From contig JAUWKS010000037.1 in assembly GCA_030614005.1 (NCBI GenBank), forward strand, positions 119-32,118: 32,000 nucleotides of DNA, given 5' to 3'. Every line of letters begins with the position of its first letter. Position 1 is the first letter of the stretch. Below are positions 8,001 through 18,319 of this stretch, piece by piece. Below the pieces are notes generated by a model that did not search any database, was not told the DNA's origin, and saw only the letters and a program-made list of their open reading frames with translations. Source of the DNA: Candidatus Heimdallarchaeota archaeon. Lineage in GTDB: Archaea; Asgardarchaeota; Heimdallarchaeia; JABLTI01. Position numbers and translations under genes: made by a program.

Positions 8001-10298
8001 GTGCCGAAAATGTCATTGAAAAAAGTAAGTAGTTCATTACTAAGTCAAATTGGTTTCTCAGAACTGGAGCAGCAAGTGTATTTGACTATTCTGGGAATTG
8101 GGAATGCATCCTTGGGTGAAATGTACCTTCAAACAGGAATATCTTTAGAAGATTTGCAAACCGTCGTTGATGAATTATCTGATAGAGGTTATCTTAAAAA
8201 AATAACCGGCAAAATCAACAGATATATTGCTGTCGAACCATTTCTCAAAGGGTTCTTATTTGTTGAAAAGGAATTTCAAAACGACATCATTGGTATTGAA
8301 AATTCTTTAATTAATTCTTTTGATTCTAGTTATGATAAATTATCTCTTAGTATGGATAGTTTCGTAGGATCAATAAGTCCTATTTACGATAAAATAGTAG
8401 AAGAGCTACGGCTTTCAAATGAGAAGCTAAAGATGGAGTTAACAAATTCTATTTATCGTCATTCAGATAAAATATCCAATCTTGCAGAAGATTTTGATGT
8501 CATACTTTCTGAAGGATTCTCTAAAACTTATTTGTCTATTAGTAATGAGCTTTCAAATCTTAGTAATGAAATTAGCGTTATTCTTCGTGAAGAATCCACC
8601 AATGCTTCATCTCGTTTACAGAATTTTGAACAAATTACAAACGAGACACTTTCAAGTCTCATCCAACCATTAAATGATGCAATAATTGAATATAAAGCAT
8701 CTGCACCTGATAAACAAAAAATAATTTTGGATGAAAATAGACACGAAATAGCTACTCTACAAAAGAATATCAAATCAATCACTAAATTGAGTTTGAAAGA
8801 TATTACTACATCGATTAAGGACTTCGAGAAGGAATTTTTAGAGGTGCTCTCTGTAGCTTCAAATGGATATGCTACTGTCATAAAAGATTACAAAACTGTT
8901 ACTCGTACATTAATAGATGAAAAGAAGAAAAAATTAGATGGTGCAGTAGTAATACTAGTTCAATATGTTGGTAAAAATATTGATCAACTTTCAGTGGAAG
9001 CTCATAACCTGAAAGAAAATATTGATGAATTAACCAAAACTGGTTTATTAAAACGACCTCCTCCCCATTTGGTCCAAGAAGCAAAAGAACGTGCTGATAA
9101 AATTGATCGTCTATCCCAAGATATCAAAGGCGCTTATGATGAAACACTTAATACGTATCAGAAGGGCATCATAGAAGGTTTGAACGATTTAATAAAAGCA
9201 AATGACACCTTGTTAACAAAACAACTTACAGATGGAAATAACCGGATTAAAAATCTCAAAATAAAAATTGCTAATAGCTGGACTGCCATTACAAAGAAAT
9301 ATGATCAAGATTTAACGGCAGCTGTTAAAGAAGTGCTTAAGGAGTCCAATCCAAAACTCACAAGTACCTCTAAAGAGGTGTTTAATAATACTCTCAAACA
9401 CATTGAGGATCTAAAGAACAGTATTTCCGCAGTTTTAGCCCCATTAAAGGATGTTATCTTTAAGGATCTTGAAGATTGCATGGAAAACCTCTTTTTGAAT
9501 TCAGCAAAGAGATTGCGATATCACAATGATTCGAATAATAAATCATTAGAAACTATTCGCCATCTAACCGATGATATGAAATTTGTTTTCAAGAATCAAG
9601 TACAAGAAGAATTAAGTAAACCTAAACAAATTGCTTCTGATATGATAGGCGATTATACAAGTACTCTCGACAACTATCTAACCACTCTTAATAGAGACCA
9701 AGGTGCAACTCTCGATACCATTACAACAGCAGCAGAAACTTTTCTCAGTGTTCTGAAGGATTCCTATGCGACTTCGAGCAATGAAATTTCCAATAGATTG
9801 GCTGCAATTATTTACAAGGTAAACGAAACTAAAACATACCTCCAAGAAATCACCAATGCAGTAGATCAAATTCTTCCTATTCCAAAACCACATTCAATTA
9901 TTGTCTATGGCAATCAAAATTCAATGAACACTATTTATGATATGCTACTTCGTACACGATCAACTTGTACCATTGTAGTTCCAACAATAGATCAATATCT
10001 TGTAGAACTTCTTACTAAACAAGTCTCAAAGAGAGTCAGAGTAAGAATATTAGCTGATGTTGACGCATTCAGAGATGAAGCGTTGGTTGCAGCCTTGAAA
10101 GGACAAGGGAACATAACTATTTGGAATTACAATATGAGAGACTTCTTCGCAGTTACCCGTGATGGTGCAGAAGTATTGCTTGCTCCTGTCACTCGAGACG
10201 GAGAGCTAACAAGTTTCGTAACAGAACAAGATGCTTTGGTAAGAGCAATTCAACAAATTATTAATGCTTCTTTCATGGCTCGTTCAAAAGAAGTCTAA
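8001..10298 (+). CDS. TrmB-like regulator (N-terminal wHTH, C-terminal PLD-like/sugar-binding domain) with a long helical insertion
   Basis: N-terminus IGFSELEQQVYLTILGIGNASLGEM...LSDRGYL...RYIAVEP is a TrmB-type wHTH. C-terminus IVYGNQNSMNTIYDML...CTIVVP...RVRVRIL...FFAVTRDGAEVLLAP is TrmB_C-like. Residues ~81-625 are amphipathic helical. Confidence 0.8.
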   Translation: MPKMSLKKVSSSLLSQIGFSELEQQVYLTILGIGNASLGEMYLQTGISLEDLQTVVDELSDRGYLKKITGKINRYIAVEPFLKGFLFVEKEFQNDIIGIENSLINSFDSSYDKLSLSMDSFVGSISPIYDKIVEELRLSNEKLKMELTNSIYRHSDKISNLAEDFDVILSEGFSKTYLSISNELSNLSNEISVILREESTNASSRLQNFEQITNETLSSLIQPLNDAIIEYKASAPDKQKIILDENRHEIATLQKNIKSITKLSLKDITTSIKDFEKEFLEVLSVASNGYATVIKDYKTVTRTLIDEKKKKLDGAVVILVQYVGKNIDQLSVEAHNLKENIDELTKTGLLKRPPPHLVQEAKERADKIDRLSQDIKGAYDETLNTYQKGIIEGLNDLIKANDTLLTKQLTDGNNRIKNLKIKIANSWTAITKKYDQDLTAAVKEVLKESNPKLTSTSKEVFNNTLKHIEDLKNSISAVLAPLKDVIFKDLEDCMENLFLNSAKRLRYHNDSNNKSLETIRHLTDDMKFVFKNQVQEELSKPKQIASDMIGDYTSTLDNYLTTLNRDQGATLDTITTAAETFLSVLKDSYATSSNEISNRLAAIIYKVNETKTYLQEITNAVDQILPIPKPHSIIVYGNQNSMNTIYDMLLRTRSTCTIVVPTIDQYLVELLTKQVSKRVRVRILADVDAFRDEALVAALKGQGNITIWNYNMRDFFAVTRDGAEVLLAPVTRDGELTSFVTEQDALVRAIQQIINASFMARSKEV

Positions 10299-10326
10299 AA
10301 TAGAACAACAGTTAATTGGTTGTTAA

Positions 10327-11019
10327 TCATTTGAAAATGGTTAACAATCTCTGAATTTCTTTTAACCAATTTGCAATGCTTCTTTGAATAACCTTCTTCG
10401 TCTTTTCAGGTACATGCCACAACTCTATAAGATCAAACTCTCTTTTAGACGTTTCAAACATATTTTTGAGAAGTGCTAGAACAGTTTTGTTCTTTTTCAT
10501 TAATTTACGTGAAATACCGGTTGGTGGAATTGGTTCTTCCTTACCGAAGGATTCCATTATACCCAAAATTCCTAAACAGCTGCTTTCAAGAAAAACATCA
10601 AAAGAATTTGTTAGGGGGATATAAACGCGATAGGTAGGCATAGTTAAGAGGATTAAGGGATTGCCATTTGGATCAAGATTTTTCATATCAAGTAAATAAA
10701 ACGCTTCTTCTTCGTTAGTTGCAAATAAAATAAAACGATTGTCGGGGAGAAGATTAACTTTCTTTTTAGTAAGAATGAGGTTCTCACATGAATTTATTAG
10801 AAGATGTGATGGGTCATCTAAATCATCCAGAAAATACTCGGAATCAATCATTAATCCATTTGTTTGCTCGTAAAAAAGCTTCAAATGATCTGGTAATACC
10901 ATGTCCTTAAAAAATAACAGTTCTTTGATATGAATACGGGTGAGTCCATTGTAAAAAATGACTTCTACTTTTGAATCATCTAAATAATTATCTAGTATCT
11001 GAATTTCTTTCACCAACAA
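10327..11019 (-). CDS. SMI1/KNR4 (SUKH) family protein
   Basis: LPDHLKLFYEQTNGL, FILFATNEEEAFYLLD, GNPLILL and YIPLTNSFDVFLE match the SUKH pattern (LP..Y..F....NG ... FA......Y ... A.SF.EFL). Confidence 0.75.
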   Translation of the reverse strand: MLVKEIQILDNYLDDSKVEVIFYNGLTRIHIKELLFFKDMVLPDHLKLFYEQTNGLMIDSEYFLDDLDDPSHLLINSCENLILTKKKVNLLPDNRFILFATNEEEAFYLLDMKNLDPNGNPLILLTMPTYRVYIPLTNSFDVFLESSCLGILGIMESFGKEEPIPPTGISRKLMKKNKTVLALLKNMFETSKREFDLIELWHVPEKTKKVIQRSIANWLKEIQRLLTIFK

Positions 11020-11094
11020 CTGCTCTTGAACAAATTAGTATAATATTGTTTTTTCAAGTTAAAAAAGAGATGGAATAGAAGGAGGCAAAGTTGC

Positions 11095-11718
11095 CTACTT
11101 CATTAGTTCTTTCATTGTGTTGTAACCTTTATCGAATGCTTCGATATTTGTTGCAACAACTTTTTCGTTTTTTCTAAAGCGTATATTGAGCGCTTTGATA
11201 AGTGATTCTTTTGTAAGAGGAAAGTTTGGTATGGCAAAGAGAGCTCCAACTAAAACAACATTTTGAGTTCTCGTATCACCAACTTCAGAAGCTAATTTGA
11301 AGGCATCAATTAAGAAAACATTATTAGTAAATTTCTTAATGATAGCAAGAATGTCTTCTGTTTCGGGGTATTTTCCTCCTTTTTTGGCACTCAGGCTAGG
11401 TGGGATGATTTTGTGACTATTCATAATAACGTAACCATCTTTAGGAATTATTTTGCGAATAGCTCGTGCTGTTTCTCCAAGTTCAAAACTTAAGAGAACA
11501 TCTGCATCTCCATCTGCAATTAGAGGACCACTAACAGGTCCAAAGCGAATTTCAGTGTTAACAACACCACCTCTTTGAGCCATACCATGGATTTCACTTT
11601 GCACAACAAAAATATCTTGGACTAGTGCTGAGTTACCTATAAGCATGGCTGCAGTGAGAACACCAGTTCCGCCTACTCCTGCAATTTCAATTTGATATGG
11701 TTTGTCTAATTTAGTCAT
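11095..11718 (-). CDS. iorB: Indolepyruvate:ferredoxin oxidoreductase beta subunit
   Basis: IAGVGGTGVLTA, SEIHGMAQRGGVV, GDADVLLSFELGETAR, NVVLVGAL. Directly downstream of iorA. Start placed at the second ATG (MTKLDK). Confidence 0.92.
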   Translation of the reverse strand: MTKLDKPYQIEIAGVGGTGVLTAAMLIGNSALVQDIFVVQSEIHGMAQRGGVVNTEIRFGPVSGPLIADGDADVLLSFELGETARAIRKIIPKDGYVIMNSHKIIPPSLSAKKGGKYPETEDILAIIKKFTNNVFLIDAFKLASEVGDTRTQNVVLVGALFAIPNFPLTKESLIKALNIRFRKNEKVVATNIEAFDKGYNTMKELMK

Positions 11719-11723
11719 TTTCT

Positions 11724-13586
11724 TCACCTCTTAGTAAAAGCATCGTAGGGGCAAATTATTCTGCAAACACCGCATCCAATGCAAGTTGATTCATCAACAT
11801 GAGCTTTCTTTTTCTCATAATCGAATGTGATTGATGGACAAGCAAAAGTTCGCACACAAGTTCTACATCCTATGCAGATTTCTTCATCTACGAAATACTT
11901 TTCGATTTTCTCTTTTGCTCTTTTTGCTACTCTAGCGTATTCTAAAGCACAGTCTCTTCTTGAGATGACAACAGCTAGTTCTCCACTGTCAATTGCTTTT
12001 CCTATAACTTCTATAGTATGGTCGAGGTCATAGGGATCAACAATCGCCAAATTTTTGATTCCAATTCCTTCGCAAACTTGTTCAATAGTTACAATACCTG
12101 CTGGTTCACCAAACGCCGTTTTACCTAATTCAGGCGTTGGTTGACCACCGGTCATTGCAGTTAGATGATTATCAACTATTACTAAGACAAATTTAGCATT
12201 GTTTACTATAGCATTTACTAAAGCTGGAATGCCTGAGTGGAAGAATGTACTATCTCCTATAACTGGGATAATCAATTGATCGGTTGATTGAGCAAGACCA
12301 TTTGCTATACCAATTGATGAACCCATTGATACCGTTGTGTCAACAGAGCTCAGAGGGGCCATAAATCCGAGAGTATAACATCCGATATCTCCAGGCATTA
12401 TTGGTTTGAGTTGTCGTTTCTTTGCTGCTTTCTTAATTGCAATGAACGTTGCTCTATGTGGACATCCTGGGCAAAGCTCGGGTGGCCTGATTGGTAATTG
12501 CGCGTTAATTTCATCTTGTGATGGTAGGTCTTCCTCATATTCTGCAAGTTTAATGCCCATTACTTTTGCGAAAGCACGTTTCAAAATCAACGGATTTAGT
12601 TCATTTGAAATTGGAATAGCTCCTTCCTTTCTTCCATATATTTTAACTTTGATGCCATTTTCTGCTGCTAAAGCTTTCACCAGTAATTCAAAGTACGGTT
12701 CAACTTCTTCTGCAATGAGGCATTTAGGATTTTCTTTTAATAACTCAATTATTTTTGCTTCCGGAAGAGGATTGCTAAAACCAATCTTGTAAATAGTGGG
12801 ATCAATATCCATTTCTCTTATGGCGTCAATTACGTAAGTGTAAGAAACACCAGAAGTGATAACTAACAAAGGATCTTTTCCTTTGGTAACAACGTTCCAT
12901 TTTGATTTGCATGAGTAGTCCTTCAACTCATCCAATTTTTGTAATAAGAGTGGTTTTGCTTTTCGAGCACTACTGGGTAAACAAACGAATTTTTCAGGAT
13001 TCTTCACGAATTCACCCTTTATTTCTCTCTTTGCAGGGATTTCACCTATTTCAACTGGTCCCCGAGAATGACTTAAACGTGTTGTTGATCGTAAGATAAT
13101 CATTGATTCGTTTTTTTCAGAGAACTCATAGGCATATTTTACCATATCTAAAGCTTCCTGTGGAGTTGAGGGTTCCATACAAAGTGCGTGTGCAGCAAGT
13201 GCATACATTCTTGTATCTTGTTCATTTTGACTTGAATGGAAACTTGGATCATCTGCAATACACATAACAAATCCGCCTTTCATCCCACCGAATAATGCTG
13301 CTGTGAAGAATGGATCTGCTGCAACATTTAGTCCTACATGTTTTGCTACAGTAAAGGATCGTAAACCGCTCCACGCAGCACCTAATGCCACTTCAAAGGC
13401 AATTTTTTCGTTGATTGACCATTCAGCATGCATTCCGGTATCTTTTCCAAATAAAGCAATGGTTTCCATTACTTCTGTTGAAGGAGTACCCGGATACGCA
13501 GCTGCGACATCAACACCAGCTTCTAAGACACCTCTAGCTATGGCTTCATTGCCGCTTAAAAGCATCATAGTTTTTTTATCTGACAA
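11724..13586 (-). CDS. iorA: Indolepyruvate:ferredoxin oxidoreductase alpha subunit
   Basis: LLSGNEAIARG, AYPGTPSTE, KHVGLNVAADP, DDPSFHSSQNEQDTR, RPPELCPGCPHR, GDIGCYTLG, TPP motif IGDSTFFHSG...IVDN, and two C-terminal ferredoxin motifs. Start probably TTG 13586; the ORF track extends to 13619. Confidence 0.95.
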   Translation of the reverse strand: MSDKKTMMLLSGNEAIARGVLEAGVDVAAAYPGTPSTEVMETIALFGKDTGMHAEWSINEKIAFEVALGAAWSGLRSFTVAKHVGLNVAADPFFTAALFGGMKGGFVMCIADDPSFHSSQNEQDTRMYALAAHALCMEPSTPQEALDMVKYAYEFSEKNESMIILRSTTRLSHSRGPVEIGEIPAKREIKGEFVKNPEKFVCLPSSARKAKPLLLQKLDELKDYSCKSKWNVVTKGKDPLLVITSGVSYTYVIDAIREMDIDPTIYKIGFSNPLPEAKIIELLKENPKCLIAEEVEPYFELLVKALAAENGIKVKIYGRKEGAIPISNELNPLILKRAFAKVMGIKLAEYEEDLPSQDEINAQLPIRPPELCPGCPHRATFIAIKKAAKKRQLKPIMPGDIGCYTLGFMAPLSSVDTTVSMGSSIGIANGLAQSTDQLIIPVIGDSTFFHSGIPALVNAIVNNAKFVLVIVDNHLTAMTGGQPTPELGKTAFGEPAGIVTIEQVCEGIGIKNLAIVDPYDLDHTIEVIGKAIDSGELAVVISRRDCALEYARVAKRAKEKIEKYFVDEEICIGCRTCVRTFACPSITFDYEKKKAHVDESTCIGCGVCRIICPYDAFTKR

Positions 13587-13854
13587 TTTTGTTAACCTTC
13601 TGTTTCTTTTTCTATACAAAATAAAAGTCCAACACTATATCTTCTGTTTGTCTTTTCATCAAATTTAGTTGTTGTGACTTTTTTAGTATCTGTTTAATTC
13701 TAAGTAAAACTTCAGTTATACCAAAAATATAAGGTCCGAAGACCCTTTTTAACTTCTTTCTTCTCTCTACTTTTGATAAAGGTTTCCTAGAAATCAAAAG
13801 TTTTTTAATCACTTAATATAAGGACACATTATAAATTTACTTTAGAACGTGTGA

Positions 13855-14916
13855 TTGACTATGGATACTATGCAATGGATTTGGTTAGCAATAATATTCG
13901 TTTTTGCTTTTGGAGCCACATTCTTTCTTACTTGGTTTCTAAGCAAGTACTTTTTGAAAAAAGGTATTTATGGTCATGATGTTCATAAAGCTGCTAAACC
14001 AAAAGTTGCAGAAATGGGTGGAGTCGGCTTCGTTATAGTTATGATAGTAGTAATTATTTGTTGCATTTTCATCTATCCTGAATATTGGCAACATTTTACT
14101 GTATCTGCAATCGCAATCTTGCTTGTAGGATTGATCGGTATTTGGGATGATTTGAAATCTTTAGGTGCAATTACAAAACCTTTCTTATTATTAATACCAG
14201 GTTTACCAATCATAATTTGGCAATTAGTAGCCAACCCTTCCCTCGCAAATGATGAACTAATGCTCTTTTTCCCTAACCCCTACTTGCCTTTAATTGGTCC
14301 AATAAGAATAACAGTCATTTATTGGCTCTTGGTTCCATTTGCTATTACCGTCCTTTCTAACTCAACAAATATGTTAGATGTTATGAATGGTTCTACACCA
14401 GTTACAATGATGTTTGTATCTGGAACAGCAATAATTTCCACTATTGTACTCTATGTAAAAGGTGTAGTTAATGTTCCAGGTATAGTTTTGTCTGTTCTCT
14501 TATTCAGTTGTTTATTCGCATTCTTTTGGTTTAATAAATATCCAGCAAAAATTTTCTGTGGAGATACTGGAAGTTTGACAATCGGTGCCATGATTGCTTT
14601 AGTAGCGGTTTTCGGTCGTATTGAATTAATAATCATAATTGCAATGATGCCACAAATAATGAATTCATTCCAGATTATTTCAAGTGTTCGAGGCTTTAGA
14701 GAACGTAGAGAAATTAAAGAACGACCAACAAAAGTGCTCAAAGATGAATCAGTAGCAGCAAATCCACATAAGAAAGCACCATTAACATTGACTCGATGGA
14801 TCGTTGCAAGAGAGCCCTTGAAAGAGTTTGAAATTGTCTCGTCGATGGGTTTGATATCCTTCTTTTCGAGTTTGTTAGGGATTGTGACTATGCTTTTAAT
14901 CATAATTACAATATAA
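13855..14916 (+). CDS. UDP-GlcNAc:dolichyl-phosphate GlcNAc-1-phosphate transferase-like (AglH/GPT, MraY/WecA family)
   Basis: Polytopic membrane protein with GHDVHK..KPKVAEMGG, GIWDDL, SNSTNMLDVMNG, FNKYPAKIFCGDTG and PQIMNSF. The HK..P and PQ..N motifs favour the GPT/AglH branch. Confidence 0.85.
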   Translation: MTMDTMQWIWLAIIFVFAFGATFFLTWFLSKYFLKKGIYGHDVHKAAKPKVAEMGGVGFVIVMIVVIICCIFIYPEYWQHFTVSAIAILLVGLIGIWDDLKSLGAITKPFLLLIPGLPIIIWQLVANPSLANDELMLFFPNPYLPLIGPIRITVIYWLLVPFAITVLSNSTNMLDVMNGSTPVTMMFVSGTAIISTIVLYVKGVVNVPGIVLSVLLFSCLFAFFWFNKYPAKIFCGDTGSLTIGAMIALVAVFGRIELIIIIAMMPQIMNSFQIISSVRGFRERREIKERPTKVLKDESVAANPHKKAPLTLTRWIVAREPLKEFEIVSSMGLISFFSSLLGIVTMLLIIITI

Positions 14917-15048
14917 AACACCCTTTTTCCCCTATTTCTGCCCAATGTATTCTCTAGGTACTATCACCATTGATATGAGAAAAATGTCTTGGTAGCACAC
15001 GGGTTTTTAATATTTCAACGATATTTGTATCCATATAAGGTGAGGACA

Positions 15049-16188
15049 ATGGAATCTTTTATCAAAAATATCACTGAAAAAGAGCAAGTACCAAAGCTTT
15101 TTCCAACCGAAGAATCAAAGCATGACTCTCAAGATGTTGATCAAGATTTACGAAGGATTATCGAGGACATCCAGGCGAAAATATTGGTTATAGGTGTCGG
15201 TGGTGCGGGAAATAACGCAGTCACTCGATTAAATCAATCGGGTCTTGTTGGGGCAATTACTCTAACAGCAAATACAGATGCGCAACAATTGCTCTTCTCA
15301 AAGAGTCATAAGAAAATGCTCCTAGGCAGAGAGCTCTGCAGAGGGCTTGGTGCAGGTAATGATCCACAAATTGGCGCAGAAGCTGCAGATGAATCAAGTG
15401 AAACCTTGAAAGGCATTCTAACTCAAGTTGATATGGTCTTTATTGTTTGTGGACTTGGTGGGGGAACCGGAACTGGTGCTGCCCCTGTTATTGCCCGTTT
15501 AGCCAAAAATTTAGGTGTACTAACTGTATCAATATGCACTCTTCCATTTGATGTTGAAGGGAAGATGAAAGCTTTACATGCAAAAGAAGGTTTGAGACGT
15601 TTATATGAAAGTAGTGACACTACAATTGTAGTTCCAAATGAAAAATTAATAGAAATAGTCCCTGAACTTTCATTAAAAGAAGCTTTCTTGGTTGCTGATG
15701 AAATACTCATTCGTGCAGTCACAGGTTTAACAGAACTCATTAATCGTCCAGGAGATGTTAATGTTGATTTCGCAGATGTTCGTCGAGTTCTTGGTGAAGG
15801 CGGAGCAGCAATAATTGGCCTCGGGGAATCTAGCAGTGTAGATAATAGAGCTCAAGAAGCTGTTGAAGATGCTTTGAACAATCCATTACTCGAAGTTGAT
15901 ATTCGCACAGCGAAAAGCGTTTTGCTAAATATTACTGGTGGTAAAGATCTCAATCTGAAGCAAACCGAAGAAGTAATTCGCGCGGTTACAGATCAGCTTA
16001 GTTCAGATATCATCGTTAAATTCGGTGTTTTGATTGATCCCGACCTTCAAGGAACAATTAGAGCAACAATTGTAGTTTCTGGAGTAAGAAGCCCCTATAT
16101 TCTTTCAAATTTACAGGATTCGATTTCTTCAGATATGGATTATGATTTAGAAGACGATCTCGACTTAGGGCTCGAAACATTTGAATAG
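15049..16188 (+). CDS. ftsZ: Cell division protein FtsZ (FtsZ1-type context)
   Basis: VIGVGGAGNNA, NTDAQQL, GLGAGNDP, tubulin signature GGGTGTGAAP, T7 loop NVDFADV. ATG 15049 is preceded by GGTGAGG. Confidence 0.97.
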   Translation: MESFIKNITEKEQVPKLFPTEESKHDSQDVDQDLRRIIEDIQAKILVIGVGGAGNNAVTRLNQSGLVGAITLTANTDAQQLLFSKSHKKMLLGRELCRGLGAGNDPQIGAEAADESSETLKGILTQVDMVFIVCGLGGGTGTGAAPVIARLAKNLGVLTVSICTLPFDVEGKMKALHAKEGLRRLYESSDTTIVVPNEKLIEIVPELSLKEAFLVADEILIRAVTGLTELINRPGDVNVDFADVRRVLGEGGAAIIGLGESSSVDNRAQEAVEDALNNPLLEVDIRTAKSVLLNITGGKDLNLKQTEEVIRAVTDQLSSDIIVKFGVLIDPDLQGTIRATIVVSGVRSPYILSNLQDSISSDMDYDLEDDLDLGLETFE

Positions 16189-16199
16189 ATACAAAAAGG

Positions 16200-16223
16200 A
16201 AAGGAGAATCTTCTTTCTCCTTT
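16200..16223. terminator. Hairpin between convergent ftsZ and MFS genes
   Basis: AAAGGAGAA-tcttct-TTCTCCTTT: 9-bp stem flanked by A- and T-runs, 12 nt after the ftsZ stop. Confidence 0.5.
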
Positions 16224-16256
16224 TCAACTAATTTCTTTTAATTACTATTTTGTTAT

Positions 16257-17756
16257 TTAATTTCCATCGCCATATTTTATACTTGGTGATTTCACTCCAT
16301 CAAAGGGTTCTTGCAAGCTTTCTAATTCAATGAACTTTTCACTACCTTCTATTGTTTCCTCTAATGGGTAATCTGAAGACATCAAGTCTTTTTTGTTAGA
16401 ATAAATTAGTCCACCAAAGATTACAACAGTGCATATTCCTGAAGCAGCTAATAGAACATACATAGGGAGAACAAAATTAGCGATTATAGCAACAATACCC
16501 ATTCCAGCTAATTGAGCAATTCCTTGTACAAGTTGTTGTGTTCCAAAAACTCTGCCTTGTTTTTCATATGGAATCGATTCTTGAATAAGTGTAGAAGATG
16601 GAATGTTAATTAAAACGATTATTATTCCAAAACTGAACATAATACCCATCATTGCCCACTTATTTCTTACTGTAGCAAAGAGATACATTGCAACAGTAGC
16701 TAATAAAAAGGCTGCATTGAGTAGCAATATCTTCCGTTTAATTTTTCCTAGACTCATTAGAATGATAGCTGTAATAATACCTGAAGCGCCCATTAAAGCT
16801 TGCATAATGCCATACATTGTTTGGTCTAATCCCATTTCACCCTGTAATATAACTATGAATAGAACGTTTATTGCGCCAAAGGTAAAAGTGATCATTGAAA
16901 AAATCAAGAGCATATAGGTTATCTTTGGATGTTCTCGTATGGTTCGATAACCTATGATAAGGTCCTTTGAAATGCTTTTCATTTCTTGTCTTACGTTTTG
17001 ACTTTTTTCTCTATGAACCTTTGGTGGTTTCTTTCCTATGAAGAAAATAACCCCGATTAACAATCCTGAAATGAGAAAAGTGCTTGCATTAAAACTGAAG
17101 CTTAGTAAATAGCTTTTAGCTGCAAGTACTCCTGCTAATAGATACCCAACAATTGTTGCTATTTGGAATACAGTCGATCCAATGGAGTTTGCTACTAAGA
17201 GATTTTTCTTTTCAACAATCAATCGCGTATAAGCATTTCTCGCAGGAAAGAAGAAGGCTGCAGCAGAGGAGTTAATGAAACAAAGGACAAACAAAGGCCA
17301 TAAAACGTGTGTGTAATCTGTTAATTGAAGTACTTTTGAAATACCATATACTGCTGGTAATTGCGTGAATGTTATTATTGTTAAGGCATCCTTCAAAACA
17401 TAGACAATAACGAAACCGATAGCAGCAATACAGCTAACTATATTTGAATAGAGCATTATTTTTCTCTGATCAAATCTATCTGTGTAGACTCCTGCAAATG
17501 GAGCAATGACAACAAATGGCAATAACCAAATGATAGCGAGAACACCCATTAGCAATGGGCTACCTGTTAATTCAAAGATAAGAAATTCAATAGCTAATCC
17601 TGATACTGCTCTGCCAATATTTTCGGTAAATTGTGCTCCAAAGAGAACCATAAATGGACTGTTCTTTAAAACGTCTTTGATAGATGGTTTGTCTGATGCG
17701 TTTATAGTTCCGTTGATTGTTTTTGCTTCCAAAGTGTTCACAACACAATACTTCAA
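16257..17756 (-). CDS. MFS transporter (12 TM, DHA3/macrolide-efflux-like)
   Basis: Motif A-like AGVYTDRFDQRKIM, FFFPARNA, LLVANS, and C-terminal IPYEKQGRVFG. The true start may be about 8 codons downstream. Confidence 0.9.
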   Translation of the reverse strand: MKYCVVNTLEAKTINGTINASDKPSIKDVLKNSPFMVLFGAQFTENIGRAVSGLAIEFLIFELTGSPLLMGVLAIIWLLPFVVIAPFAGVYTDRFDQRKIMLYSNIVSCIAAIGFVIVYVLKDALTIITFTQLPAVYGISKVLQLTDYTHVLWPLFVLCFINSSAAAFFFPARNAYTRLIVEKKNLLVANSIGSTVFQIATIVGYLLAGVLAAKSYLLSFSFNASTFLISGLLIGVIFFIGKKPPKVHREKSQNVRQEMKSISKDLIIGYRTIREHPKITYMLLIFSMITFTFGAINVLFIVILQGEMGLDQTMYGIMQALMGASGIITAIILMSLGKIKRKILLLNAAFLLATVAMYLFATVRNKWAMMGIMFSFGIIIVLINIPSSTLIQESIPYEKQGRVFGTQQLVQGIAQLAGMGIVAIIANFVLPMYVLLAASGICTVVIFGGLIYSNKKDLMSSDYPLEETIEGSEKFIELESLQEPFDGVKSPSIKYGDGN

Positions 17757-17942
17757 TATGTTTTGAATGTTTAATTTTTATTAATGCTTTCGGTTGCTCT
17801 TAATTTGAAAGAAAGAATCTACGAATTAGTAGCAATAAAAATGATTACTCCAATACTCAAATGCTTACAAAAGATTTTAAAATATAGGTTTGATTTTAGA
17901 ATCAGAAATCAATCATAAAACAGTAACACGGAGTTATCCCAG

Positions 17943-18119
17943 ATGAACATTGGAGAATTCTTCACAAAAAGTAGACGACTATTGACTCACAGCAAACGAC
18001 CTGATCGGAAAGAAATTTGGTTAACTGTTAGAATTACTGCTATTGGTATCTTAGTTATTGGTTTAGTTGGATTTCTTATACACATCCTCTTCACAGTAAT
18101 TATCCCAACACCCACTTAA
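17943..18119 (+). CDS. secE: Protein translocase subunit SecE/Sec61-gamma (absent from the ORF track, 58 aa)
   Basis: Manual translation: MNIGEFFTKSRRLLTHSKRPDRKEIWLTVRITAIGILVIGLVGFLIHILFTVIIPTPT*. Has the K-P-D/E..E motif and the G....G..GF.I TM helix, and lies upstream of spt5 as in other archaea. Confidence 0.93.
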   Translation: MNIGEFFTKSRRLLTHSKRPDRKEIWLTVRITAIGILVIGLVGFLIHILFTVIIPTPT

Positions 18120-18319
18120 GTTTACGACTAGCTATCTTAATTTATAGCTATTTTCTTCTTCTCTTTTCTCTTTACACCAAAGGATGAATATTATAACATA
18201 TCCTTTCTCCACCAAATCTCTTTGGAATAGTGTCTAGAAGGAATATGTTTTTATGGAGCTCTAAAAAAAGATTAATATACCAAAGAAACTCGGTTTGAAC
18301 TGAACGGGATGGAATACCC

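Noticed and set aside
13612-13812. 66-aa basic ORF between iorA and the GPT gene
   Set aside because: No recognisable motif, overlaps the iorA upstream region, and lies in AT-rich divergent promoter DNA. Cannot be supported, though not strictly excluded.
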